64,000 bases of DNA from an uncultured cyanobacterium (GCA_963703315.1 OY969811.1:2560001-2624000); one strand, 5' to 3'; shown: positions 29,825-40,063, counted from the first letter of the stretch. Notes: generated by a model not told the origin, from the letters alone. Made by a program: numbers and translations.

Positions 29825-30988
29825 CTACTCTAAATTGAGTTCCGCTAATAAAAACTTTAGCACTCCAGTACTACTTCCACATTCTTGATAACACTTTAGG
29901 TGCTGTAAAGAGTCTTGGTTATTAGAAAGTAGATCTAGTCCCAAATAGCAATGTACACGAAAAAGAGTTTCAACTTTTACTTTGTTTTCAACATCCTTAT
30001 CAATATCAACATCTGGAATAGAGGCTTGTGCATCTGATATCTTTTTAAGTCTAAACTCATAGGATTTAGTTCCCCATTCTCTAATAAGAGTATGTAAAAT
30101 AGCTCTCTCAACTTGAAACAGTTGTTGCGAATCATACGGAAAAGAATAGTTCAATGAATCTAGAGCGGCTTCAGCCAAAGTCCGCGAAAGAACCTTTAAT
30201 CCTGAATCATCGATATCAACTTCATCATCATCCCCACTATGAGCATTTAAAGCTATACCTGATGATTTAGCTCTAACTCTTTTATGACTCCATTTGTATT
30301 GAGGTTTATCATACTTGTCCCAGAGTTTATAAAGAAGAAGATCTTCAAGTTCTGGATGCTCCAATTTAGCTCCAAGAATTGTTTCAAGCTCTTTAAATAC
30401 TCTTTGGATATGTAGCCAAAAAGGGAATTGGCTTCTAGAATCCTTTTTTTCTTCACTTGTATTAGAAAATCCATCCCAACTAAGCGCAACATATTTTTCT
30501 CCAACTTCAGCTATAACTGGCCATCGAATATAAGCAACTTCAAAGGTTTTAGTATTACCTTCTTCACTGTATTCTCTGGGAATAAAATGTTCTACACGAC
30601 AAGTGTAGATGTACCAAACTTTAGAGCTTGCAGGCTCTCTAATTGGTCCATACCATCCTGACTCACCAAAAGAGAAAAGTAAATCTCTAGGATTTTTGAG
30701 TTGAGGTATCTCTGAATGTTTACCTTGCATAAGAGATAGCCAAACTCTTGGTTTCTGTACATATTTAATCAGTAAGTCGTTATAGTCTAGTTCTTTATGT
30801 TCGATTGCTCCAGCTATATTAATTGCATAACCTTCTTTCGTTTTTAAGTCACTTCTTCTAAAAACATTAAAGCTTTTTAGGAAGTCAACCGTAAATTCTG
30901 GACTAGATAAAAATTTTTGACAAAAAGGATAACCTTCTAAATATCCCACATCAAGAAATGCATCTGGATTTTTTAGCTTTACAGTCAT
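29825..30988 (-). CDS. Hypothetical protein, first gene of three-gene cassette
   Basis: 387-aa ORF with no motif I recognise. Confidence 0.7.
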   Translation of the reverse strand: MTVKLKNPDAFLDVGYLEGYPFCQKFLSSPEFTVDFLKSFNVFRRSDLKTKEGYAINIAGAIEHKELDYNDLLIKYVQKPRVWLSLMQGKHSEIPQLKNPRDLLFSFGESGWYGPIREPASSKVWYIYTCRVEHFIPREYSEEGNTKTFEVAYIRWPVIAEVGEKYVALSWDGFSNTSEEKKDSRSQFPFWLHIQRVFKELETILGAKLEHPELEDLLLYKLWDKYDKPQYKWSHKRVRAKSSGIALNAHSGDDDEVDIDDSGLKVLSRTLAEAALDSLNYSFPYDSQQLFQVERAILHTLIREWGTKSYEFRLKKISDAQASIPDVDIDKDVENKVKVETLFRVHCYLGLDLLSNNQDSLQHLKCYQECGSSTGVLKFLLAELNLE

Positions 30989-31175
30989 TTATTAACCACA
31001 TATCTAAATTATTAGCTATATACTAGCTTCTAAGCAAATATTTGACTATAACCAAGAGATTAACTCTTTGAAAATTTAGTTTTAATTTGCAAAGTATCAT
31101 CTTTGGGATTTAAACAAAATTAATCTCTCTGAGATTAAATATAATTTACTCAACCCCAATAACGAGGAGTTACCA

Positions 31176-31364
31176 ATGCAAACAACTAGCGAACAATACA
31201 TTGTTGATGCTCAAGGTCAACGTTTGAGCGTAGTTGTAGAATTTGACTATTATCAAAAACTGCTTGCGCGTCTAGAAGAACTAGAAGAAGTTTATGCCTT
31301 TGACCTAGCCGAAGAATCACAGGACGAAGCTATCCCATTTGCTCAAGCGATCGCTCATAAATAA
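31176..31364 (+). CDS. Orphan antitoxin-like small protein
   Basis: GAGGAG RBS; QYIVD..G....VV...Y..LL..LEELE pattern; no toxin follows. Confidence 0.55.
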   Translation: MQTTSEQYIVDAQGQRLSVVVEFDYYQKLLARLEELEEVYAFDLAEESQDEAIPFAQAIAHK

Positions 31365-31369
31365 TCATC

Positions 31370-31642
31370 ATGATCAAACAAATCACTCTAGAAGTCGAAG
31401 CGCCCATCGCCGACGCATCCCAAAATGCCACCCCAGAAAATCGTCAAGCACTACAGGCGATCGTTAGCCTATATCTAAAATCTATATCTATTCCACCTCA
31501 GAAAGAGATTGTACCCAACCAAGATATTCCTAACAAAAAGCCAAAACGCACAACACCAAAGCATCTAGCTGGAAAAATCGAAATTCTAGGCGATATTGTT
31601 AGTCCGATCGTAGATGAAGAGGATTGGGAATGTCTGAAATAG
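31370..31642 (+). CDS. VapB-like antitoxin
   Basis: C-terminal L.GKIEILGDIVSP...EDW; overlaps the PIN pseudogene. Confidence 0.6.
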   Translation: MIKQITLEVEAPIADASQNATPENRQALQAIVSLYLKSISIPPQKEIVPNQDIPNKKPKRTTPKHLAGKIEILGDIVSPIVDEEDWECLK

Positions 31643-31870
31643 TAATTCTCGATACCCACATCTGGATTTGGTATGTCAACGAAAACTTCGAGCAAATTCC
31701 TACACAGTGGTTAGAACAAATTCGGTAAGCAGATATAGTTGGAGTGTCAGCAATAAAGAGATCCCTTCGATCGCCTAATCATCGCCACTGCCTTAGAATA
31801 TGGCGCAAAACTTGCCAGTGTTGACAGCTTATTTTCTAAATATCCTGAACTTGAGAATTACCTAATGTAA
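31630..31870 (+). pseudogene. vapC: VapC/PIN toxin pseudogene
   Basis: MSEIVILDTHIWIW...IR*ADIVGVSAI, then frameshifted RDPFDRLIIATA...; internal stop and deletion. Confidence 0.85.
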
Positions 31871-31960
31871 ATTAGCAACACTCATGATTCTAAACATTCT
31901 GTTAAAATGAATCAGATCAAAAGACTAAAGGGAACTTAACTCCCTTGATCGTATATTTCT

Positions 31961-33127
31961 ATGAATACGGAAAAACCAGCCAAAACATCTAAAACCGCCA
32001 AGGCAAAAGTAGACAATACCGAAGTAGCCACAACGGTAACTGCCTCAGCATCAACCCTACTGCGCGAACACGCCGAAAATCAATTTGCGGAAGAATTAGC
32101 AGAACTAGCTAAAACCGACACAAAACAACGTCCTCCCAATTGGAAGCTATCACCCTGGGCAGTGTCTACCTATCTCCTCGGTGGCAAGCTAGATAATGGC
32201 TTTGAGATTTCCCCGAAATATATTGGCAACAAACGCATCATTGAAATTGCGATCGCTACTCTCACCACCGATCGCGCTCTGCTACTATTTGGAGTTCCGG
32301 GAACTGCCAAATCTTGGGTGTCGGAACATTTAGCCGCCGCTATTTCTGGCGATTCCACACTGTTGATTCAAGGCACAGCAGGAACTAGCGAAGAAGCAAT
32401 CCGCTATGGTTGGAACTATGCCAGATTGCTAGCGGATGGTCCCTCGATGGCGGCACTAGTGGCGAGTCCGATGATGCGAGCAATGGCGGATGGTAAAATC
32501 GCTAGAGTAGAAGAATTAACCCGCATTCCTTCTGATGTGCAAGATACTTTGATTACGATTCTTTCGGAAAAGACTTTACCGATTCCTGAACTGAATTCGG
32601 AAGTACAGTCCACAAGGGGATTTAATGTCATTGCGACAGCAAATAATCGCGATCGCGGCGTAAATGAGCTATCCAGTGCGCTAAAGCGGCGCTTTAACAC
32701 CGTGATTTTGCCTGTACCCGATAGCGCCGATGAAGAAGTGGATATTGTCCAGCGTCGCGTAGAAAGCCTCGGTCGCGCCCTTGAATTACCCGCCGAACCT
32801 CCCGCCCTCGAAGAAGTGCGCCGCATTGTCACAATTTTCCGTGAACTGCGGAATGGCGTTACCAGTGATGGCAAAACTAAGCTCAAATCCCCCAGTGGCA
32901 CACTCAGCACCGCCGAAGCAATTTCAGTGGTAAATAGTGGTTTAGCGCTGGCGGCGCACTTTGGCGATGGCTATTTACGGGCTGGGGATGTTGCCTCTAG
33001 CCTGATCGGTGCAGTGATCAAAGATCCCGTACAGGATCAGCTTGTTTGGAAAGAGTATTTAGAAACGGTGGTGAAGGAACGGGACAACTGGAAAGATTTG
33101 TATCGCGCTTGTCGGGAGGCTGATTAA
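31961..33127 (+). CDS. MoxR-type AAA+ ATPase (YehL-like)
   Basis: GVPGTAKS, EELTR, ATAN.RDRGVNELSSALKRRF. Confidence 0.9.
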   Translation: MNTEKPAKTSKTAKAKVDNTEVATTVTASASTLLREHAENQFAEELAELAKTDTKQRPPNWKLSPWAVSTYLLGGKLDNGFEISPKYIGNKRIIEIAIATLTTDRALLLFGVPGTAKSWVSEHLAAAISGDSTLLIQGTAGTSEEAIRYGWNYARLLADGPSMAALVASPMMRAMADGKIARVEELTRIPSDVQDTLITILSEKTLPIPELNSEVQSTRGFNVIATANNRDRGVNELSSALKRRFNTVILPVPDSADEEVDIVQRRVESLGRALELPAEPPALEEVRRIVTIFRELRNGVTSDGKTKLKSPSGTLSTAEAISVVNSGLALAAHFGDGYLRAGDVASSLIGAVIKDPVQDQLVWKEYLETVVKERDNWKDLYRACREAD

Positions 33128-33132
33128 ACTTA

Positions 33133-35520
33133 ATGAGCGATCGCCAAGCCTCTAGTTCTACTAGCTCTAAAACTAACGCCAACAAAGTCCATATTTTCGG
33201 CATTCGCCATCATGGATCTGGTTCAGCACGAAGTTTATGCCAAGCCCTCGAACAATTGCAACCTGATGCCATTTTGATTGAAGCACCACCTGATGCTCAA
33301 GCCCTATTGCCCTTTGTGATCAGAGAGGAAATGCAGCCGCCTGTTGCCATTCTCATCTATGCCAGCGATCGCCCCGAAAATTCCGTCTACTACCCCTTTG
33401 CGATCTTCTCTCCCGAATGGCAAGCAATTCGCTATGGACTAGAGCGAGATATTCCGATCAAGTTTATGGATTTGCCGCAAGCCCATCGTTTAGCAATTGA
33501 GGACAAAGAACAAACTGAGGTTAATCCAGAATCCGTTGAGATAGAATCAACAACAAGTTCTCAAGAAGATACAGAGCCAAATCCTGAAACAAATTCTGAG
33601 CCATTACCTGAACTAAGTACTGAATTCAACTTAAATCTCTATCGCAAAGATCCTCTCGGATGGCTAGCGGAAGTAGCAGGATTTAGTGATGGTGAGCGCT
33701 GGTGGGAATATATGGTGGAACATCGGCGCGATAGTCATGAACTTTTTGCAGCGATTTTAGAAGCGATGACGGCTTTAAGAGAAGAATTGGATGCTGACGA
33801 AGATTTGGCAGAAAGTCCAGCCGATCGCCTACTCGAACAACAGCGTGAAGCGTATATGCGCCAAACCATCCGCACTGCCCTCACCGAAGGCAAAGAACGT
33901 ATTGCTGTTGTCTGTGGCGCTTGGCACGCTCCCGCCCTCGTAAATTTACCACCTGCCAAAAATGATGCCGCTATTCTAAAGGGATTGCCCAAAATCAAAG
34001 TAGAAGCAACTTGGATTCCTTGGACTTATGGGCGGCTAGCGATCGCTAGTGGTTATGGAGCAGGTGTAATTTCCCCCGGCTGGTATGACCATCTCTGGCA
34101 TAACTTCCAATACAGTTCCAGTCAAGTCGCAATTCGCTGGATTACTCGCGTCGCCAGACTATTACGCACTAAAGATATTGATGCTTCTTCCGCAAGTGTG
34201 ATCGAAGCAGTGCGCCTCGCGGAAGCATTATCAGCAATGCGCGATCGCCCCTTAGCAGGATTACCCGAACTCAACGAAGCGATTCAATCGGTGCTGTGTT
34301 TTGGCGATCCTTTACCGATGCAGTTAATTCATAGGGAATTGATTGTCGGCGATCGCATGGGCAAAGTCCCTGACGATACGCCGATGGTTCCGTTGCAACA
34401 GGACTTAATCCGTCAGCAAAAGCGTCTCCGCCTCAAGCCCGACACCAAAACCCTAGAGCTAGATCTGCGTAATGCTAATGATTTAGAGCGATCGCATTTA
34501 CTCTATCGCCTTGCACTTATGGATATCCCTTGGGGGAGAACGCAATACAGCACAGGTAAAGGAACCTTTAAAGAAACTTGGCAGTTGCAATGGGAACCAG
34601 AATTTGCGGTCAGATTAATCGAGGCAGGTGTATGGGGACAAACGATTATCGAAGCGGCTACAGCTTTCACTCGTCACCAAGCTAATGAAGCCAAGGATTT
34701 ACCCACCCTCACTAAACTAGTCGATAAAGTCCTGCTGGCGAATCTTGGTGATGCCGCTAGTTACTTAATGGTGCGTCTCCAAGCGGAAGCGGCGATCGCT
34801 GCTGATATTTCCCATCTCATGCAAGCCGTCCCACCCCTCGCCAATCTCTTGCGCTATGGTAATGTCCGCCAAATCGATACCAGTATTGTTGCCCATGTGG
34901 TAGATGGCTTAATTACCCGTATTTGTGTTGGTCTGCCTGTTGCCTGTGCTTCTCTCAACGATGAAGCGGCGAATGCGATGTATGAATTAGCGATCGCTGT
35001 TAATCGGGCGATTGTCCTCTTACAAAATTCTGAATATGCCGAGGCATGGCATGGTGTACTTTCTCAACTCGCCAATCAATCGGGACTGCATGGACTGTTA
35101 GCGGGTTGCTGTTGTCGCTTACTTCTTGATGCAGGTGTATTTACTGCCAATGATGTAGAAACACGCATGGGGCTATTTCTATCTCTCGCTAATGAACCTA
35201 GCCAAGCCGCCGCATGGATTGAAGGTTTGCTCAAGGGTAGCGGTTTAGTTTTGCTTCATGACGATCGCCTGTGGCAAGTGTTAGATCATTGGGTTACACA
35301 ACTTCCTAAAGATAACTTTGATGTGGTTTTGCCTTTACTCCGTCGTACCTTTGCCACTTTCCCTGCACCAGAACGCCGTCAAATGGGAGAGCGCGTGAAA
35401 CGAAATCAATCTGCTCAAGGTTCTCAAAACAATCAACAGTCTCATCTTTCCAATCTCAATCGAGAGAGAGCCGAGGCAATTTTACCTGCGATCGCGCAAT
35501 TACTTGGTATTAAGCTTTGA
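33133..35520 (+). CDS. DUF5682 family protein (YehM-like)
   Basis: FGIRHHG.GSA, FSPEWQA, REAYMR, VCGAWH, SGYGAG..SP. Confidence 0.85.
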   Translation: MSDRQASSSTSSKTNANKVHIFGIRHHGSGSARSLCQALEQLQPDAILIEAPPDAQALLPFVIREEMQPPVAILIYASDRPENSVYYPFAIFSPEWQAIRYGLERDIPIKFMDLPQAHRLAIEDKEQTEVNPESVEIESTTSSQEDTEPNPETNSEPLPELSTEFNLNLYRKDPLGWLAEVAGFSDGERWWEYMVEHRRDSHELFAAILEAMTALREELDADEDLAESPADRLLEQQREAYMRQTIRTALTEGKERIAVVCGAWHAPALVNLPPAKNDAAILKGLPKIKVEATWIPWTYGRLAIASGYGAGVISPGWYDHLWHNFQYSSSQVAIRWITRVARLLRTKDIDASSASVIEAVRLAEALSAMRDRPLAGLPELNEAIQSVLCFGDPLPMQLIHRELIVGDRMGKVPDDTPMVPLQQDLIRQQKRLRLKPDTKTLELDLRNANDLERSHLLYRLALMDIPWGRTQYSTGKGTFKETWQLQWEPEFAVRLIEAGVWGQTIIEAATAFTRHQANEAKDLPTLTKLVDKVLLANLGDAASYLMVRLQAEAAIAADISHLMQAVPPLANLLRYGNVRQIDTSIVAHVVDGLITRICVGLPVACASLNDEAANAMYELAIAVNRAIVLLQNSEYAEAWHGVLSQLANQSGLHGLLAGCCCRLLLDAGVFTANDVETRMGLFLSLANEPSQAAAWIEGLLKGSGLVLLHDDRLWQVLDHWVTQLPKDNFDVVLPLLRRTFATFPAPERRQMGERVKRNQSAQGSQNNQQSHLSNLNRERAEAILPAIAQLLGIKL

Positions 35521-35583
35521 CACTTGAGTCGAGAGAATGTCATAATAAGTGGTAAATATTCAGATTGAAGCTAGACAAAAATA

Positions 35584-35901
35584 ATGAAAAATTATTCTCA
35601 AGCTTTAAGTAATCTTGTCAAGCGCATTGTTGAAGAAATTAAGCCTTTGCGGGTTATTTTGTTTGGTTCGGTTGCGAGAAATACTATGAGCGAAGAAAGC
35701 GATATCGATCTATTGGTGGTGATGCCTGAAGGTACCCATAGAAGGCATACTGCTCAGTTGATATACAAGAATATTAGAAATATTGAAGTTCCTTTTGATG
35801 TTCTAGTTGTGACTGATCGCGATCTCGAAAAACATAAAAATTCGGCAGGGCTTATTTATCAAGAAATTCTAGCGGAAGGGATAGAAGTTTATGCCCTTTG
35901 A
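35584..35901 (+). CDS. Minimal nucleotidyltransferase (MNT antitoxin)
   Basis: LFGSVAR...SDIDLLV. Confidence 0.88.
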   Translation: MKNYSQALSNLVKRIVEEIKPLRVILFGSVARNTMSEESDIDLLVVMPEGTHRRHTAQLIYKNIRNIEVPFDVLVVTDRDLEKHKNSAGLIYQEILAEGIEVYAL

Positions 35902-36283
35902 CAGCGATCGCAGTTTAGTTGAACAGTGGCTAATTTATGCGAAAAGTGATTTAGAGTTAGCGCGGGTTGATTTGCCCGATTCAGTATTGCTAGAGACTCT
36001 GTGCTATCACGCCCAGCAAGCTGCCGAAAAGTCTTTGAAAGCTGTTCTTATTTACTATTCTATTTCTGTTCCTAGAACTCATAATATTGGAACGCTGATT
36101 GATTTATTAGAAGGATATACTGATGTTCCAGAGTCAATCAGGGATATTGCAATTCTAACTGAATATGCTGTGTCTTCTCGTTACCCAGGGTTTTCAGAGC
36201 CTGTTGATCGTGATGATTATGAGGTAGCTTTGCAATTAGCCGATCGCTGCTTTTTATGGGCAAAAAGTATTATTGATCGCTAA
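35891..36283 (+). CDS. HEPN domain protein
   Basis: CYHAQQAAEKSLKA, RTHNI, RYP. Confidence 0.88.
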   Translation: MPFDSDRSLVEQWLIYAKSDLELARVDLPDSVLLETLCYHAQQAAEKSLKAVLIYYSISVPRTHNIGTLIDLLEGYTDVPESIRDIAILTEYAVSSRYPGFSEPVDRDDYEVALQLADRCFLWAKSIIDR

Positions 36284-36454
36284 TCGCGGTGATATGCGTG
36301 ATGGTGGCGGTAATGCTTGGCTCCTACAAAATTTTGGTAGATTTAGTGAATATTTGGTTATATTTTTTGTAACGAATACCTGTTTTGGGGAATATCGCTT
36401 TATGCTGACTGGTAGGTAACTGCGGGTTTTGATGTAAATGTGAGGATGTAGGCG

Positions 36455-39400
36455 ATGAATAGGGTGATTGGAATTATGATCGCGGCTTTGTTGTCTGATT
36501 TGCCTATGCCGATCGCGATCTCTGAAAGTGTCCAAGCGCAAACAGTGCAAGACCGTAAAGCGGAGGCAGATCGACTATTAAAACAAGGTAATCAGCAATA
36601 CAATAAGAGTCAATATCAGGGAGCCTTTCAATCATGGGAGCAAGCATTACACATTTATCGAGAGATTAAAAATCGCAAAGGTGAAGCACTATCTCTCAAT
36701 AATCTGGGTGCTACATACAGAAGTATTGGACAGTACCAGAAGGCACTTGATTTCTATCAGCAAGCTTTAGCAATCCAAAAGCAAATCGGTGATCGTAATG
36801 GCGAAGCAACGTCTCTCAATAATCTGGGTCTTGCGTATGACAATATCGGACAGTACCAGAAGGCACTTGATTTCTATCAGCAAGCTTTAGCAATCCAAAA
36901 GCAAATCGGAGATCGTAAAGGTGAGGCAGTATCACTCAATAATCTGGGTGCTGCATACAAAAGTCTTGGACAGTACCAGAAAGCAATTGATTTCCATCAG
37001 CAATCCTTATTGATCAAAAAGCAAATCGGCGATCTCAATGGTGAAGCAATATCTCTCAATAATTTGGGTTCTGCATACTCTAGCCTCGGACAGTACCAGA
37101 AAGCGATTGATTTCTATCAGCAATCCTTAGCGATTAAAAAGCAAATCGGCGATCTCAATGGTGAGGCAACGTCACTCAGTAATCTGGGTCTTGCATACAG
37201 CAATCTTGGACAGTACCAGAAAGCAATTGATTTCCATCAGCAATCCTTAGCGATTAAAAAGCAAATCGGCGATCGCAATGGTGAAGCAATATCTCTCAAT
37301 AATTTGGGTTCTGCATACAGCAATCTTGGACAGTACCAGAAAGCAATTGATTTCTTTCAGCAATCCTTAGCGATCACAAAGCAAATCGGCGATCGTAATG
37401 GTGAAGCAAGGTCACTTAATAACTTGGGTCTTGCATACAGCAATCTCGGACAGTATCAGAAAGCGATTGATTTCTTTCAGCAATCCTTAGCGATCCAAAA
37501 GCAAATCGGCGATCGCAGTGGTGAAGCATCGTCACTCAATAATCTGGGTGGTGCCTACAACTATCTCGGACAGTACCAGAAAGCGATTGATTTCTATCAG
37601 CTATCCTTAGCGATCCAAAAGCAAATCGGCGATCGCAATGGTGAAGCATCGTCACTCAGTAATCTGGGTCTTGCATACAGCAACCTTGGACAGTATCAGA
37701 AAGCGATTGATTTCTATCAGCAATCCTTAGCGATCAAAAAGCAAATCGGCGATCGTAATGGTGAAGCAATTTCACTTAATAATTTGGGTAATGCATACGA
37801 AAATCTCGGACAGTACCAGAAAGCAATTGATTTCTATCAGCTATCCTTAGCAATCAAAAAGCAAATCGGCGATCGTAATAGTGAAGCAACGTCACTCAAT
37901 AATCTGGGCAGTGTATATGACAGTCTCGGACAGTACCAGAAAGCGATTGATTTCTTTCAGCAATCCTTAGCGATCGAAAAGCAAATCGGCAATCGTAATG
38001 GTGAAGCAACGTCCCTCAGCAATCTGGGTAATTTATACAGCAATCTTGGACAGTATCAAAAAGCGATTGATTTCTTTCAGCAATCCTTAGCGATTAAAAT
38101 GCAAATTGGAGATCGAAAGGGTGAAGCAACGTCACTCAATAATCTGGGTGCTGCATACAACTATCTCGCACAGTACCAGAAAGCAATTGATTTTTATCAG
38201 CAATCCTTAGCGATCCAAAAGCAAATCGGCGATCGCAATGGTGAAGCAACGTCACTCAATAATCTGGGATTTGCATACAACAATCTTGGACAGTACCAGA
38301 GCGCCATTGATTTCTATCAGCAAGCCTTAGCAATCACAAAGCAAATCGATGATCGCAATGGTGAAGCAGCGCCACTCAATAATCTGGGTACTGCATACAG
38401 AAATCTCGGACAATATCAGAGAGCCATTGATTTCTATCAGCAATCCTTAGCGATCACAAAGCAAATCGGCGATCGTGCAGGTGAAGGAATAACTCTTAGT
38501 AGAGTAGGACAATTATTTGCTCAACAAAAACAGCCCGAACTGGCGATCCTCTTTTACAAACAATCGATCAATATCCGCGAAACCATTCGCAAAGACATCA
38601 CAGGACTCAGCCAAACAGAACAAAAATCCTACCTCGCCACCATCGAAAAAGACTACCGCGCCCTCGCCGACCTCCTACTCAAACAAGACCGCATTCTCGA
38701 AGCCCAACAAGTCCTCGATTTACTCAAAGTCCAAGAACTTAGCGACTACCTCCGCACCGTGCGCGGCAACAGCCAAACCTCCCAAGGAGTCGATCTCCAA
38801 CGTCCCGAACAAAACATCATCGCCATTGCGGGTGAACTCAACCAACTGCAACAAAAAGACCGTGAAGGCAAACTAAACGAAACCGAGCAACAACGCCTCT
38901 CTCAACTTGTCCAAACCGAACGTAACCAAAATAAACAATTTAACGCCTTTCTCGACAGCCCTCAAATCAAAAAACTGATCACCGAACTCCGCCGCAACGA
39001 AGACAACCAAAATGTTGATATTGCCAAATATCGCAGATTACAAAAAGATCTCCTATCGCAATTCCCTAACGCTGTTCTGCTCTATCCCCTCATTCTCGAC
39101 GATCGCCTAGAGCTAGTCATTCTCAATGCCAATACCCCACCCCTGCGCCGCACCGTCAACATCAAACGAGAACAACTAAATCGGCTAATCATCGATTTAC
39201 GTGCAGAACTGCAAGACTCAGGCTCAGAAGACGTTAAGCGAACCTCACAGAAACTCTATAGCATTCTGATTAAGCCCTTTGAAAATGAACTCAATCAACT
39301 AAAAATCAACACGATCATCTATGCTCCTGACGGACAACTGCGCTATATTCCTCTTGCGAGTCTCTATGATGGCAAACAATGGCTAGTCGAGAAATATCGG

Positions 39401-40063
39401 GTGAATAACATCACTGCCGAGTCATTAACTGCCTTTAATAGCAAAGCGATCGCCAATCCCCGTATTTTTGCAGGAGCCTTTGGTGGTAAAGGAGGTGAAA
39501 CCCGTTCAGGCTTTAAAGGCTTACCTGCCTCAATTCCTGAAGTCCAGAAAATCACTAGCTTATTTCCGAATACTACCAATCTGATCGAAAAGGACTTTAC
39601 CAAGAAGGTGACCGCAGACAGAGCAAATTCCCATACGATTTTGCACCTTGCTACTCACGGTCAATTATTAGTTGGTACACCTGAAGATTCTTTTATTGTG
39701 TTTGGTAATGGAGATCGGGTAACGATTGGTGAACTTAAAGATTGGAAGTTGCAGAATGTCGATCTCGTAGTGCTGAGTGCCTGTCAGTCAGGACTAGGTA
39801 GCAAGTTAGGAACTGGGATTGAGGTGTTGGGTTTAGGTTATCAGATGCAAGCCGCAGGGGCGCGAGTGTCGATCGCCTCGCTCTGGACAGTCGATGATGC
39901 TGGCACGCAAGCTTTGATGGATGCTTTTTATACAGAACTCAAAAAAGGTAATCTCTCAGTAATAGAAGCCCTGAGTCGCGCTCAGATCTCTTTGATTAAG
40001 TCAGACAAATATAATCATCCTAAATACTGGTCAGCATTTTTTGCGATCGGTAATGGCTTGTAA
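36455..40063 (+). CDS. TPR-repeat + CHAT (caspase-like) domain protein
   Basis: About 15-16 40-aa TPR units; LHLATHG, LSACQSG, ASLW.VDD, HP.YWSAF. Confidence 0.92.
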   Translation: MNRVIGIMIAALLSDLPMPIAISESVQAQTVQDRKAEADRLLKQGNQQYNKSQYQGAFQSWEQALHIYREIKNRKGEALSLNNLGATYRSIGQYQKALDFYQQALAIQKQIGDRNGEATSLNNLGLAYDNIGQYQKALDFYQQALAIQKQIGDRKGEAVSLNNLGAAYKSLGQYQKAIDFHQQSLLIKKQIGDLNGEAISLNNLGSAYSSLGQYQKAIDFYQQSLAIKKQIGDLNGEATSLSNLGLAYSNLGQYQKAIDFHQQSLAIKKQIGDRNGEAISLNNLGSAYSNLGQYQKAIDFFQQSLAITKQIGDRNGEARSLNNLGLAYSNLGQYQKAIDFFQQSLAIQKQIGDRSGEASSLNNLGGAYNYLGQYQKAIDFYQLSLAIQKQIGDRNGEASSLSNLGLAYSNLGQYQKAIDFYQQSLAIKKQIGDRNGEAISLNNLGNAYENLGQYQKAIDFYQLSLAIKKQIGDRNSEATSLNNLGSVYDSLGQYQKAIDFFQQSLAIEKQIGNRNGEATSLSNLGNLYSNLGQYQKAIDFFQQSLAIKMQIGDRKGEATSLNNLGAAYNYLAQYQKAIDFYQQSLAIQKQIGDRNGEATSLNNLGFAYNNLGQYQSAIDFYQQALAITKQIDDRNGEAAPLNNLGTAYRNLGQYQRAIDFYQQSLAITKQIGDRAGEGITLSRVGQLFAQQKQPELAILFYKQSINIRETIRKDITGLSQTEQKSYLATIEKDYRALADLLLKQDRILEAQQVLDLLKVQELSDYLRTVRGNSQTSQGVDLQRPEQNIIAIAGELNQLQQKDREGKLNETEQQRLSQLVQTERNQNKQFNAFLDSPQIKKLITELRRNEDNQNVDIAKYRRLQKDLLSQFPNAVLLYPLILDDRLELVILNANTPPLRRTVNIKREQLNRLIIDLRAELQDSGSEDVKRTSQKLYSILIKPFENELNQLKINTIIYAPDGQLRYIPLASLYDGKQWLVEKYRVNNITAESLTAFNSKAIANPRIFAGAFGGKGGETRSGFKGLPASIPEVQKITSLFPNTTNLIEKDFTKKVTADRANSHTILHLATHGQLLVGTPEDSFIVFGNGDRVTIGELKDWKLQNVDLVVLSACQSGLGSKLGTGIEVLGLGYQMQAAGARVSIASLWTVDDAGTQALMDAFYTELKKGNLSVIEALSRAQISLIKSDKYNHPKYWSAFFAIGNGL
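36690..38490 (+). repeat. 120-bp tandem coding repeat (about 15 copies)
   Basis: GCAAAT(C/T)G recurs every 120 nt from 36781 to 38461. Confidence 0.92.

Noticed and set aside
36690..38490. Regular repeats resembling a CRISPR array or DGR template
   Set aside because: Contiguous 120-nt in-frame TPR units with no unique spacers; no cas or reverse transcriptase gene in the window
38517..38876. 119-aa alternative-frame ORF in the CHAT gene
   Set aside because: By-product of C/A-rich codon usage
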